Below, one piece after another: positions 30,497 to 40,097 of a stretch of 64,000 bases of DNA. Position 1 is the first letter of the stretch; every line of letters begins with the position of its first letter. Source of the stretch: Candidatus Aquitaenariimonas noxiae (lineage in GTDB: Bacteria; Omnitrophota; Gorgyraeia; Aquitaenariimonadales; Aquitaenariimonadaceae); the NCBI GenBank assembly GCA_002780005.1, contig PEWV01000071.1, forward strand, positions 2,188-66,187, in the 5' to 3' direction. Both the position numbers and the translations under genes were made by a program. The notes below the pieces were generated by a model that saw nothing but the letters and a program-made list of their open reading frames with translations, did not search any database and was not told the DNA's origin.

Positions 30497-31630
30497 GTGG
30501 AAAAAACTGATATTTTGATTATAGGTGCAGGGATAATTGGTTTAGCGATAGCCGAGGAGTTGTCTTTTAAAGGGAAGAATATTATTATTGCAGAAAAAAA
30601 TATTTCTTTTGGGCAAGAGACTAGCTCTCGAAATAGCGAAGTAATACATGGTGGGATGTACTATCCGGTTGGCACCCTGAAAGCAGAACTTTGTATCAAT
30701 GGCCGGCGTCTTTTATACCAGCTTTGCGCGGAGAAGAAAATTCCGCATAAAAAGACAGGCAAGCTTATTATTGCTACCGATAAAGATGAACTCCTTGCGT
30801 TAGAGGCAATATTGAAGCAAGGGAAAATAAATGGGGTTGAGGGGGGTCGATTTATGACGGAAGCGGAAATGAAGAAGCTCGAACCAAAGGTATCGGGATC
30901 AGCTGCTCTTTATTCCCACGAGACAGGTATCATCGATTCGCACCGGTTAATGGATTACCTCTTGACTACTGCAGAAGAAAATGGCGTATCAATAGTCTAT
31001 GATGCCGAAGTTGTTGCTATTGAGAAGAATAACGATGGTTACAAAGCAACTATAAAAAATGCCGGTGAGAGCGTTGAAATAAAAGCCTTGATTGTGATTA
31101 ACTGTGCTGGTTTGGATTCTGATACCATTGCTAGCATGGTCGGGATTGATATTCTTAAAGAAAAGTATAGTTTGCACTATTGTAAAGGGCAATATTTCCG
31201 CGTTGCCTCAAAGAAGTCCAAACTTATAAACCATCTTGTATATCCTGTGCCGCGTCCCAAGAGCGGCGGTTTGGGTATACATGCGACGCCTGATTTAGCA
31301 GGCAGTCTTCGGCTTGGACCCGATGATAACTATCTTAATGATAGGAATAAAGACTACTCTGTTGATGAAAATAAGAAAAATGATTTTTTCCGGTCTGTCG
31401 TAAAATTTATTCCATTTTTAGAAGAAACTGACTTAACCCCAGATTTATCAGGGATAAGGCCTAAGTTACAGCCTAAAGAAGGGGAATTTCGGGATTTTGT
31501 TATTCGTGACGAAGCTGACAAAGGCCTTCCGGGGTTTATCAATTTAATAGGCATTGAGTCTCCTGGCCTGACAGCATCGCCTGCGATAGCAAGGATGGTC
31601 AAGAATATTGTATCCGGTTTATTAAATTGA
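30497..31630 (+). CDS. FAD-dependent oxidoreductase, L-2-hydroxyglutarate oxidase (LhgO/L2HGDH)-like
   Basis: GAGIIG, TSSRNSEVIHGGMYY, GKLIIA, TGIIDSH, KGQYF, LVYPVP, LGIHAT, GIRPKL and GIESPGLTAS motifs. Confidence 0.88.
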   Translation: MEKTDILIIGAGIIGLAIAEELSFKGKNIIIAEKNISFGQETSSRNSEVIHGGMYYPVGTLKAELCINGRRLLYQLCAEKKIPHKKTGKLIIATDKDELLALEAILKQGKINGVEGGRFMTEAEMKKLEPKVSGSAALYSHETGIIDSHRLMDYLLTTAEENGVSIVYDAEVVAIEKNNDGYKATIKNAGESVEIKALIVINCAGLDSDTIASMVGIDILKEKYSLHYCKGQYFRVASKKSKLINHLVYPVPRPKSGGLGIHATPDLAGSLRLGPDDNYLNDRNKDYSVDENKKNDFFRSVVKFIPFLEETDLTPDLSGIRPKLQPKEGEFRDFVIRDEADKGLPGFINLIGIESPGLTASPAIARMVKNIVSGLLN

Positions 31631-31682
31631 TGGAGAATGTCCAAAAATTTTACCATGAACTCAAACTGTTTAAAGGAGAAAT

Positions 31683-33251
31683 ATGACTGCTGATAAAAAT
31701 ATCGGTATTATCGGTCTTGGCTATTGGGGCAAGAATCTTTTGCGCAATCTCTATGAATTGAAAGTACTGCATACCGCTTGCGATCAAAGCCAGGAAGTAC
31801 TCTCGGAAAGGAAGAAAGAGTTTCATGAAGTTAAGTACACTGCATCTTACCGGGACATGTTAAACGATCCGGAAATTAAAGCTATTGTGATATCTACTCC
31901 GGCTGTAAAACACTACGATTTGGTAAAAGAAGTCTTGAATGCCGGGAAAGATGTTTTTGTGGAGAAGCCTCTCGCCTTGACAGCCAAGGAAGGTGAAGAG
32001 TTGATAGGTCTGGCAAGCAAAAAAAACTGCATACTGATGATAGGCCACATATTGCAGTACCATCCGGCAGTTGTTAAATTGAAACAAATGATTTCATCAG
32101 GTGAAATTGGCAAGATTCGTTATATTTATTCGAACAGGTTAAATATCGGCAAATTAAGAACTGAAGAGAATATCCTTTGGAGTTTTGCGCCGCATGATAT
32201 ATCCGTTATACTTATGCTGTTAGGCGAGGAGCCGATTTTTGTTTCGGCTTTCGGAGGGGACTATCTTAATATCGGAGTTAATGATGTTACTTTAACGAAT
32301 TTAGAATTTAAAAATGGTGTAAAAGGACACGTATTTGTCAGCTGGTTACATCCTTATAAAGAACAAAAACTGGTAGTAGTTGGGTCGAAAGGCATGGTCG
32401 TATTTGATGATGTAAGTAAAGAAAAACTATTTCTTTATCCCCATACAATTGAGTGGAAAGATGGTAAAATTCCGATTGCCCAGAAGGCTGATTTTAAAAT
32501 AATTAATTTTGATCACGGAGAACCTTTAAAATTAGAATTATGCCATTTCATTGATTGTATAAATTCGCGGTGCACTCCCAAAACTGACGGTAATGAAGGA
32601 TTGCGTGTGCTGAAAGTTTTGGAAGCTGCAGAAGAAGCTCTATTAAGCTACAAAAATAATGTTTCCAGTCAGAATATCCAGAACCATAAATTTTTTGCGC
32701 ACGAAACAGCTTATGTAGATAACGACGTTACAATAGGTGAGGGGACAAAAATCTGGCATTTTTCACACATACTGAGCAATTCCAAAATTGGAAAGGACTG
32801 TGTTATCGGTCAAAATGTGTCTATAGGGCCAAACGCGATAATCGGAAACAAATGTAAAATTCAGAATAACGTTTCTGTATATAAAGGCGTAACTCTTGAG
32901 GATGAGGTTTTTTGCGGCCCTTCTTGTGTGTTTACCAATGTATACACGCCCAGGGCTTTTATTGAGCGTAAAAACGAGTTTTTGCCGACGTTAGTAAAAA
33001 AAGGAGCGACAATCGGCGCTAATGCTACAATTGTTTGCGGTGCGAATATCGGTAAATATGCATTAGTGGGTGCTGGGGCGGTAGTAAAGAAAGATGTTTC
33101 AGATTATGCCTTGGTTGTTGGTGTTCCAGCCAAACAGATAGGGTGGGTATGTTCCTGCGGGACAACCCTAAAGACAGTGCATAAAAAAGTAAAATGCGAC
33201 TATTGTGGTAAGCTCTATAGGATCTTATCCGATCGAATCGAAGAAATATAA
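31683..33251 (+). CDS. Fusion of Gfo/Idh/MocA oxidoreductase (WbpB-like C3 dehydrogenase) and hexapeptide N-acetyltransferase (WbpD-like)
   Basis: N-part has GLGYWG, VEKP and SFAPHD. C-part from about 32690 has IGEGTKIWHFSH, KIQNNVSVYKGV, GPSCVFTNV..PR, GVPAKQIGW and CSCG...CDYC. Confidence 0.88.
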   Translation: MTADKNIGIIGLGYWGKNLLRNLYELKVLHTACDQSQEVLSERKKEFHEVKYTASYRDMLNDPEIKAIVISTPAVKHYDLVKEVLNAGKDVFVEKPLALTAKEGEELIGLASKKNCILMIGHILQYHPAVVKLKQMISSGEIGKIRYIYSNRLNIGKLRTEENILWSFAPHDISVILMLLGEEPIFVSAFGGDYLNIGVNDVTLTNLEFKNGVKGHVFVSWLHPYKEQKLVVVGSKGMVVFDDVSKEKLFLYPHTIEWKDGKIPIAQKADFKIINFDHGEPLKLELCHFIDCINSRCTPKTDGNEGLRVLKVLEAAEEALLSYKNNVSSQNIQNHKFFAHETAYVDNDVTIGEGTKIWHFSHILSNSKIGKDCVIGQNVSIGPNAIIGNKCKIQNNVSVYKGVTLEDEVFCGPSCVFTNVYTPRAFIERKNEFLPTLVKKGATIGANATIVCGANIGKYALVGAGAVVKKDVSDYALVVGVPAKQIGWVCSCGTTLKTVHKKVKCDYCGKLYRILSDRIEEI

Positions 33252-33266
33252 TGTTAAGGAGGGGTG

Positions 33267-34256
33267 ATGGATATACGTGGTAAACGGTTTTTAGTTATCG
33301 GGGGGGCAGGTCTCATTGGTTCGCATACAGTAGATGAATTGCTAAAAACTGACATAAAAGAGCTTGCTATTTACGACAATTTCTGCCGCGGGACGGAAGA
33401 CAACCTGCGAGAAGCTCTAAAAGACCAACGCTGTAAAATTTTCTCTGTCGGCGGTGATATCCTGCAGACTGATATTCTCGATGCAGCGATGAAAGATATT
33501 GATGGTGTCTTCCATTTTGCCGCGCTATGGCTACTACAGTGCCACGAATATCCTCGATCAGCATTTGAAGTAAACATTAGAGGTACGTTTAATGTCATAG
33601 AAGCCTGCGTGAAAAATAATATTAAACGCCTTATTTATTCTTCTTCGGCATCGGTTTACGGTGATGCAATCCAAGAGCCGATGACTGAAGAGCACCCTTA
33701 CAATAATACTAACTTTTACGGTGCTACCAAAATTGCCGGCGAACATATGTGCCGGGCCTTTTTTCACCGTTACAAATTACCCTATGTGGGCTTGCGCTAC
33801 ATGAATGTCTACGGTCCGCGGCAGGATTATAGAGGTGCATATATCGCTGTAATCATGAAAATATTAGACAGGCTGGATCAAGGATTGCCTCCGATAGTTT
33901 ACGGTGACGGTTCGCAGGCGTACGACTTTATTTATGTTGGTGACTGTGCTAAAGCTAATGTTTGCGCGATGAAAGCAGAAACTCTGGACACGTTCTATAA
34001 CGTGGGTATGGGAGTAAAAACTACCATTAAAGAGCTGACTGAACTTATTCTCAAACTTACCAAGTCAAAAAGCAGCATTCAATACGAACCAGCAGGTAAA
34101 ACTTTTGTTAAAAACAGAGTAGGGTGTCCGAAAAAAGCTGCGGCAGAAATAAATTTTCGTGCCTCAGTCACCTTGGAAAAGGGGCTACGGGAATTGATTG
34201 AATGGCGCAAATCGCACATGGAGGAAGTAGAAAAAAAGCGCAGAAAATCTAGTTAA
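33267..34256 (+). CDS. NAD-dependent epimerase/dehydratase (SDR)
   Basis: GGAGLIG, SSSASVYG, YGATK and RYMNVYGPRQ motifs; RBS AAGGAGG (alternative GTG start at 33264). Confidence 0.88.
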   Translation: MDIRGKRFLVIGGAGLIGSHTVDELLKTDIKELAIYDNFCRGTEDNLREALKDQRCKIFSVGGDILQTDILDAAMKDIDGVFHFAALWLLQCHEYPRSAFEVNIRGTFNVIEACVKNNIKRLIYSSSASVYGDAIQEPMTEEHPYNNTNFYGATKIAGEHMCRAFFHRYKLPYVGLRYMNVYGPRQDYRGAYIAVIMKILDRLDQGLPPIVYGDGSQAYDFIYVGDCAKANVCAMKAETLDTFYNVGMGVKTTIKELTELILKLTKSKSSIQYEPAGKTFVKNRVGCPKKAAAEINFRASVTLEKGLRELIEWRKSHMEEVEKKRRKSS

Positions 34257-34257
34257 C

Positions 34258-35448
34258 ATGAAAATACCAATAACAAAACCAGTTTTTGATGATTGTGAAA
34301 AAAAAGCCGTACTCAAGCCCTTAGAAACAGGATGGCTTGTCCAGGGGCCGTTTGTGGCTGAGTTTGAAAAACTCTTTGCCCGATATGTCGGCGCTCAATT
34401 TGCCAAAGCAACCACCAGTTGCACAACGGCATTACATTTGGCTTTGGAGGCATTAGGAATAAAAAAGAGCGATAAAGTAGTAGTTCCTTCTTTTACATAT
34501 ATCGCCTCAGCTAATGCGATAGAATACGCGAACGCCGAGGTAGTGTTCTGTGATATTGATTTAAGGACGTTTAATATTGATGTAGAAAAGTTAGAAAGTA
34601 TTATACAGCTAGACAAAAAAAGAAAGATAAAGGCTATCATGCCGGTTAACCTGTTTGGTCTTTGTGCGGATCTGCCTGCGATTATGCAGCTAGCCAAAAA
34701 ATATGGCATAAAAATTGTGGAAGACTCTGCTTGTGGCTTAGGAGCTTTTATCGGCAAAAAACATTCTGGCACATTTGGCGACATGGGTTGTTTCTCTTTT
34801 CATCCCCGTAAGGCCATTACTACCGGAGAAGGCGGGATGGTGATTACAGATGACAATAATTTGACAAATTTGGTCGCATCCTTACGGGACCACGGTGCAA
34901 GTAAATCGGATTTACAGCGCCATAAAGAAAAAGACGGGTCGCTTTTGCCGGAATTTAATTTGCGAGGCTATAATTATCGTATGACCGATATTCAGGGAGC
35001 CATTGGTGTGTGCCAGATAAAAAAAGCCGCAACTATTATTGAAGGAAGGCGTCTCATCGCTCGGCGATACAGCGCAGCACTAAGTGGAATACCATTTTTA
35101 ATTCTCCCTTATCTGCCGTTAGGGTACACACACGGCTACCAGTCATATGTTTGCCTATTTACTGCAGGTGAAGATTTATCAAGGCTGACAATGCATAAAA
35201 TCGATAGAATAAACAAAGCCAGGAATAATTTCATGATGAAGCTGGAAAGGCGTGGTATAAGCGTGCGTCAGGGCACACACGCCGTGCACACGCTGGGTTA
35301 TTATAAAAATAAGTATACATTAAAGGATAAAGATTATCTGTCCTCCTATGCTGCAGACCGCTTAAGCGTGACTTTGCCTCTTTATGCCGATATGAATGAC
35401 AAAGAATTTAATTACGTCATTGAAAATATAAAGGAGATTTTGAAGTAA
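34258..35448 (+). CDS. DegT family sugar aminotransferase (perosamine-synthase-like)
   Basis: SCTTALHL, EDSAC, FSFHPRKAITTGEGG and GYNYRMTDIQ motifs. Confidence 0.9.
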   Translation: MKIPITKPVFDDCEKKAVLKPLETGWLVQGPFVAEFEKLFARYVGAQFAKATTSCTTALHLALEALGIKKSDKVVVPSFTYIASANAIEYANAEVVFCDIDLRTFNIDVEKLESIIQLDKKRKIKAIMPVNLFGLCADLPAIMQLAKKYGIKIVEDSACGLGAFIGKKHSGTFGDMGCFSFHPRKAITTGEGGMVITDDNNLTNLVASLRDHGASKSDLQRHKEKDGSLLPEFNLRGYNYRMTDIQGAIGVCQIKKAATIIEGRRLIARRYSAALSGIPFLILPYLPLGYTHGYQSYVCLFTAGEDLSRLTMHKIDRINKARNNFMMKLERRGISVRQGTHAVHTLGYYKNKYTLKDKDYLSSYAADRLSVTLPLYADMNDKEFNYVIENIKEILK

Positions 35449-37355
35449 TGTGCGGTATAGCTGGAATAGTTAATCTGAACAAAAAACCGGTTGACGCAAA
35501 AGTTCTTGGTCGGATGACCGATGCTATGGCACATCGCGGCCCGGATGGAAGAGGGGTCTTCGTTGACGATTTTGTGGGATTGGGCCATCGGCGTCTCGCC
35601 GTTCTTGATTTATCGGAAAAAGCTCATCAGCCAATGCTGATAGAAGACGGAAGCTTGGTAATTTCTTATATGGGCGAAGTATATAACTTCAAGGAGATAC
35701 GGAACAAATTAGAAAAGGAAGGTTTTAGTTTCCGGTCAAATTCGGACACCGAAGTTGTTTTAAAGGCATTTAAACACTACGGTTACGATGCCCTGAACCA
35801 TTTCAACGGCATGTTTGCTTTTGCTATCTGGGATAAAGATAAGAAAACAGTTACCTTAGCTCGTGATCGTTACGGCATAAAACCGTTCTATTACTGGCAA
35901 AAAGCGAATATATTTATTTTTGCTTCCGAGATAAAGGCTTTTTTAGAACATCCGGCGTTCCGCGCCGAGTTGGATACAGAAACTTTGCTTGAATATTTTA
36001 CGTTTCAAAACACATTTACCGGTAAAACGCTGTTTAAGGGAGTAGTGTTAGTGCCTGCAGGGCATTTTATCAGAATAAAACTCTCCGGCGCACCAAACAT
36101 AGAAACCGTACGATACTGGGATTTCCATTTTACAGAAGAAAAAAACATTCGGGCAGAGGCTGAATACCTGGAAGAGCTGGATGGATTATTTAAGCAGGCA
36201 GTGAAAAGACAACTGGTAGCTGACGTCGAAATAGGCGCTTATTTAAGCGGAGGAATTGATTCCGGCTCAGTCACGGCAATCGCCTCGCAATATTTCAAAG
36301 ATCTAAAGACCTTCTGCATCGGTTTTGATTTATCTTCGGTTTCGGGTTTAGAGCTTTCTTTTGACGAACGAAAGAAAGCAGAGCATATTTCTTATCTTTA
36401 TCAAACCGAACATTACGAGATGGTGCTTAAATCCGGAGATATGCAGCGCTGCCTACCACGGTTGGTATGGTCATTGGAAGATTTACGGTTAGGCCAGAGT
36501 TATCCAAATTTTTACGCTTCCAAACTGGCATCAAGATTTGTAAAAGTTTGTCTTTCCGGTGCCGGAGGCGATGAGCTGTTTGGGGGGTATCCCTGGAGAT
36601 ATTACAAGGCTTTAAAGAGCAAAAACTTTGATGAATATATTGACGGTTACTACAAATATTGGCAAAGGCTAGTGCCAAATGCTATTCTAACAAATTTATT
36701 TGCGCCGGTATGTAAAGATATCCAGAAAGTTCGGACTGAAGACATTTTTAAAAATGTGTTCAACGGCCATAAACTTGTGCCTGCTAACCCCGAAGATTAT
36801 ATTAACCACTCGTTATATTTTGAGGCAAAAACCTTTATGCACGGTTTATTTATTGTGGACGATAAATTGAGCATGGCTAATGGTTTGGAAATCAGAGTTC
36901 CATTTCTAGATAACGATTTAGTTGATTTTGCTATGAAAATACCCTTGAGGCTTAAGTTGCGCGACATCGACAATACTTTACGTATCGATGAGGATAATCT
37001 GGCTAAGCGGGAAATGTACTTTGAAAAAACGCAAGACGGTAAAATGATCCTGCGTAAAGTTCTGGGCAAATATGTAGGCGAGAAAATCAGGGATCAGCAT
37101 AAACAGGGATTTTCCGGTCCGGATGCCAGTTGGTTTAAAGGTGAAAGTATAGACTATGTAAAGAGACTCCTTTTGAATAAAAAGGCGAGTGTATATAACT
37201 ATTTTGATTATGATACAAGCAGAGTGTTATTGGAGGATCACCTTTCTGGTAAACATAACAGGCGTTTGTTTATTTGGTCTCTATTATGTTTTGAAACATG
37301 GATACGCATATTTTTGCTTGGTCAGAAGGCGGAAGGATTATTTTGTGAAAAATAA
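35448..37355 (+). CDS. asnB: Asparagine synthase-type glutamine amidotransferase (glycan amidation)
   Basis: N-terminal MCGI, HRGPD, HRRL, SDTEV, RDRYGIKP, LSGGIDS, GGDELFGGY and KQGF motifs. Confidence 0.9.
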   Translation: MCGIAGIVNLNKKPVDAKVLGRMTDAMAHRGPDGRGVFVDDFVGLGHRRLAVLDLSEKAHQPMLIEDGSLVISYMGEVYNFKEIRNKLEKEGFSFRSNSDTEVVLKAFKHYGYDALNHFNGMFAFAIWDKDKKTVTLARDRYGIKPFYYWQKANIFIFASEIKAFLEHPAFRAELDTETLLEYFTFQNTFTGKTLFKGVVLVPAGHFIRIKLSGAPNIETVRYWDFHFTEEKNIRAEAEYLEELDGLFKQAVKRQLVADVEIGAYLSGGIDSGSVTAIASQYFKDLKTFCIGFDLSSVSGLELSFDERKKAEHISYLYQTEHYEMVLKSGDMQRCLPRLVWSLEDLRLGQSYPNFYASKLASRFVKVCLSGAGGDELFGGYPWRYYKALKSKNFDEYIDGYYKYWQRLVPNAILTNLFAPVCKDIQKVRTEDIFKNVFNGHKLVPANPEDYINHSLYFEAKTFMHGLFIVDDKLSMANGLEIRVPFLDNDLVDFAMKIPLRLKLRDIDNTLRIDEDNLAKREMYFEKTQDGKMILRKVLGKYVGEKIRDQHKQGFSGPDASWFKGESIDYVKRLLLNKKASVYNYFDYDTSRVLLEDHLSGKHNRRLFIWSLLCFETWIRIFLLGQKAEGLFCEK

Positions 37356-38421
37356 TTTAAACATATTTGTTGATCCAAAGACAAAAAAAACACTAGCTTT
37401 GAACGTCCGCAAAACTGCCGACGACGAGATAATTTCTGGAACGTTGCGCTCCGGCACAAAGACATATCCGATTGTGAATGGTATACCACGATTTGTGGAA
37501 AAGTCTTTGTATGATGGTTCTCTTATTCTGGGAACTGAAAGACAAACTGCCAAGTCGTTTGGAACGAAATGGCGCGAGCAAAGAAATCAGCATATCGGGG
37601 ATACGCTTCAGGATATAAAAGATTGGAAAGAACAATTTATGGCAGTGTTAGGTTGTTCCAGCGAACCGCGGCTTAAAAACTTATTTAAGAAAGCTAAGAG
37701 AACGCTAAACGCAGGATGCGGCGTAGGGTGGTCAGAATACTTATTTAATTATAATCCTGAAACTGAACGCCACTGTATCGATATCAGTTTATCTGTTGAG
37801 GTCGCATATAGAAAAACTATTCGGCTTAGCAATGTTATCGTTTCGCAAGCCTCTATCTTTAATTTACCATATCGCGATAATACCTTTGACATAATCTATT
37901 CGTTGGGAGTAATTCATCATACGCCATATCCTCAAAAGGCTTTTAAGGCGCTTGTAAATAAGCTTACGCCTGGAGGATTACTCGGAGTATATGTTTATAA
38001 TAAAAAGCTCTTTTTACGCGAAATTGCAGATATGGAAATTCGTAAATACACTGCTTTAATGAGCTACGAAAAGTGTTTGGAGTTTTCCCGACAAATGACT
38101 AGGCTCGGTAAGTCCCTGAAACAAATCAGAGAGAGCGTAATTATTGATGAAGACATAAAACTGCTGGGGATAAAAAAAGGCAGCTATAATCTCCAGAAGT
38201 TTGTTTACGATCATTTTATCAAATGCTGGTACAATCCTAAACAGGATATGGATTATGCCGATCTTGTTAATCAAGATTGGTATCATCCTTATTATGCCAG
38301 CCATCATACAAAAGAAGAGGTAGCGGCCTGGTTTAAGAAGTCTGGTATGAAAAATATAAAATTTATACAACCCAAAGGTTGGGAGCACAGCGGGTACTTT
38401 GTATCAGGGAGGAAAGCATGA
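37345..38421 (+). CDS. Class I SAM-dependent methyltransferase with N-terminal Trm112-like segment
   Basis: Start reassigned to GTG 37345 (RBS GGAAGGA). DPKTK...[18 protein letters not shown] and [13 protein letters not shown] motifs. Confidence 0.82.
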   Translation: MKNNLNIFVDPKTKKTLALNVRKTADDEIISGTLRSGTKTYPIVNGIPRFVEKSLYDGSLILGTERQTAKSFGTKWREQRNQHIGDTLQDIKDWKEQFMAVLGCSSEPRLKNLFKKAKRTLNAGCGVGWSEYLFNYNPETERHCIDISLSVEVAYRKTIRLSNVIVSQASIFNLPYRDNTFDIIYSLGVIHHTPYPQKAFKALVNKLTPGGLLGVYVYNKKLFLREIADMEIRKYTALMSYEKCLEFSRQMTRLGKSLKQIRESVIIDEDIKLLGIKKGSYNLQKFVYDHFIKCWYNPKQDMDYADLVNQDWYHPYYASHHTKEEVAAWFKKSGMKNIKFIQPKGWEHSGYFVSGRKA

Positions 38422-38999
38422 ATAAAGCTAAGATTAAACAGGCGCAGAATAATATAAGAAATTTACACGTTTTTTTAAGAACAGAAATTAAAAAGAAATG
38501 GAATAGGGTTTTGCCTTTTAATGAGGAGATCGCGGATAGATGGGAAAAGGCAAAGTACTTAAAATTCGGCCGGGGTGCCAGCATTTATGATAATTCTCTT
38601 GTGTTTGGCGATGTTAAGGTTGGCAAAAATACCTGGATAGGGCCTTTTACTATCCTAGATGGAACCGGGGGTTTAACCATAGGTTCATATTGCTCAATAT
38701 CTACCGGTGTGCAGATTTATACGCATGATTCTGTAAAATGGGCGCTATCCGCAGGAAAAGCAAAATACGAACACTCCTCGGTAAGCATCGGGGATAGCTG
38801 CTATATAGGGCCTAATGCTGTAATAGCAAAAGGTGTTTCTATTGGAAAACGCTGTGTAATTGGTGCAAACAGCTTAGTTAATAAACATTTGCCTAGCCAT
38901 TCAATTGCCTTTGGAATACCAGCTAAGATTGTGGGTAAAGTAAGTGTGGAAGGAAAAAAAATCAAATTGGAATATTTTTCAAGCAAATCTCATAAATGA
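38418..38999 (+). CDS. Left-handed beta-helix (hexapeptide) acyltransferase
   Basis: ATG 38418 overlaps the upstream stop (ATGA). Hexapeptide repeats [24 protein letters not shown] and G.PAK. Confidence 0.85.
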   Translation: MNKAKIKQAQNNIRNLHVFLRTEIKKKWNRVLPFNEEIADRWEKAKYLKFGRGASIYDNSLVFGDVKVGKNTWIGPFTILDGTGGLTIGSYCSISTGVQIYTHDSVKWALSAGKAKYEHSSVSIGDSCYIGPNAVIAKGVSIGKRCVIGANSLVNKHLPSHSIAFGIPAKIVGKVSVEGKKIKLEYFSSKSHK

Positions 39000-40093
39000 A
39001 ATTCACACCGTTGCCACATTTCCCAAATTCAGAAAGAATAAAAGGCCATATAAAACAAAATGCGTTTTTTTATCGTTTTTTGGTAAGCATTAAAGGTGTT
39101 ATCTTAGGTTCTTTAGGTATCTTAAGGAATCAGAAGGGCGCAAAAGAACATTTATTTTCAACGGCCTCTTTTTTTGTAAAGTCGTGTTCTATTTCTGGTA
39201 TGCCAACCAATATTACCATTGAACCGACCAATATCTGCAATCTTCGGTGCCCGGTTTGCGAAACCGGGGCAGGGGTATTAAATAGAGGAAAAAGGAGCAT
39301 GACACTTGAGGAATTTAAGGTTATCGCTGATAAGATCTCACCCTTTGCAAATACATTGATGTTTTACTTTATGGGCGAGCCGTTTTTAAATAACGATATA
39401 TATGAAATGATTAAATATGCCAAAAATAAAGAGATACCATTTGTGACAACTTGTACCAACGGGAGCTTTGTTGACCCGGAGAAACTTGTTGAGTCGGGAA
39501 TAGATGAAGTGAGCTTTCAGATATGCGGTTTAACCAAAGATATTCATAAAATATACCGTACGGGCAGCGATTTAAACTTAGTAATGAATAATCTTAAGAA
39601 AACAATTTGTGCGCGTAATGCATCCAAGTCAAAAATGCGCATAGTTTGCGGCTTTATTCTAATGAAGCAAAATGAGCACGAGGTCGATGACTTTAAGAAA
39701 TATATGCAGCAGATTGGGGTTGATGAAGCAATAGTAATCGATCCTTGCGTTAGAAGCTTGGACCAAGGGAGAAATTTCCTGCCCTCTGATACGAACCACT
39801 GGCTTTACGATCCTGCAGCTTTTGAGCGAGGAGAGCTTAAGCCTAAAATAACTCTGAAGAATGGCTGCCCTTGGATATACTATTCAGTCGCGATATTGGC
39901 CAACGGCGATGTTGTCCCTTGCTGCCGGGATGCCAATGGTTATTTGGTAATGGGCAACATACTTTCTCAGGATATGAAGGAGATTTGGAACGGAAAGCAT
40001 TTTCAAGAATTCAGGAAAAAAGTTATTTTCAATAGGTCAGAAGTTGATATATGCAATCTTTGCTCTTCATTTGGAATAGCAAGACTAAGGTAA
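38996..40093 (+). CDS. Radical SAM protein with SPASM/Twitch domain
   Basis: [14 protein letters not shown] and TNG motifs; C-terminal CPW...GDVVPCC..GNI...IWN...CNLC. Confidence 0.9.
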   Translation: MKFTPLPHFPNSERIKGHIKQNAFFYRFLVSIKGVILGSLGILRNQKGAKEHLFSTASFFVKSCSISGMPTNITIEPTNICNLRCPVCETGAGVLNRGKRSMTLEEFKVIADKISPFANTLMFYFMGEPFLNNDIYEMIKYAKNKEIPFVTTCTNGSFVDPEKLVESGIDEVSFQICGLTKDIHKIYRTGSDLNLVMNNLKKTICARNASKSKMRIVCGFILMKQNEHEVDDFKKYMQQIGVDEAIVIDPCVRSLDQGRNFLPSDTNHWLYDPAAFERGELKPKITLKNGCPWIYYSVAILANGDVVPCCRDANGYLVMGNILSQDMKEIWNGKHFQEFRKKVIFNRSEVDICNLCSSFGIARLR

Positions 40094-40097
40094 AGCT

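Noticed and set aside
30486-30497. GGCGGTAG resembling the RfaH ops element
   Set aside because: It lacks the nnTG ending and JUMPstart context, lies far from a promoter, and sits where the RBS of the LhgO-like gene is expected. No RfaH/NusG paralogue is in the window.
37189-37344. Long N-terminal extensions in the ORF track (37189, also 21063, 38379, 60646, 3235)
   Set aside because: They overlap upstream genes and lack family similarity. Downstream starts with an RBS or stop/start coupling fit better.
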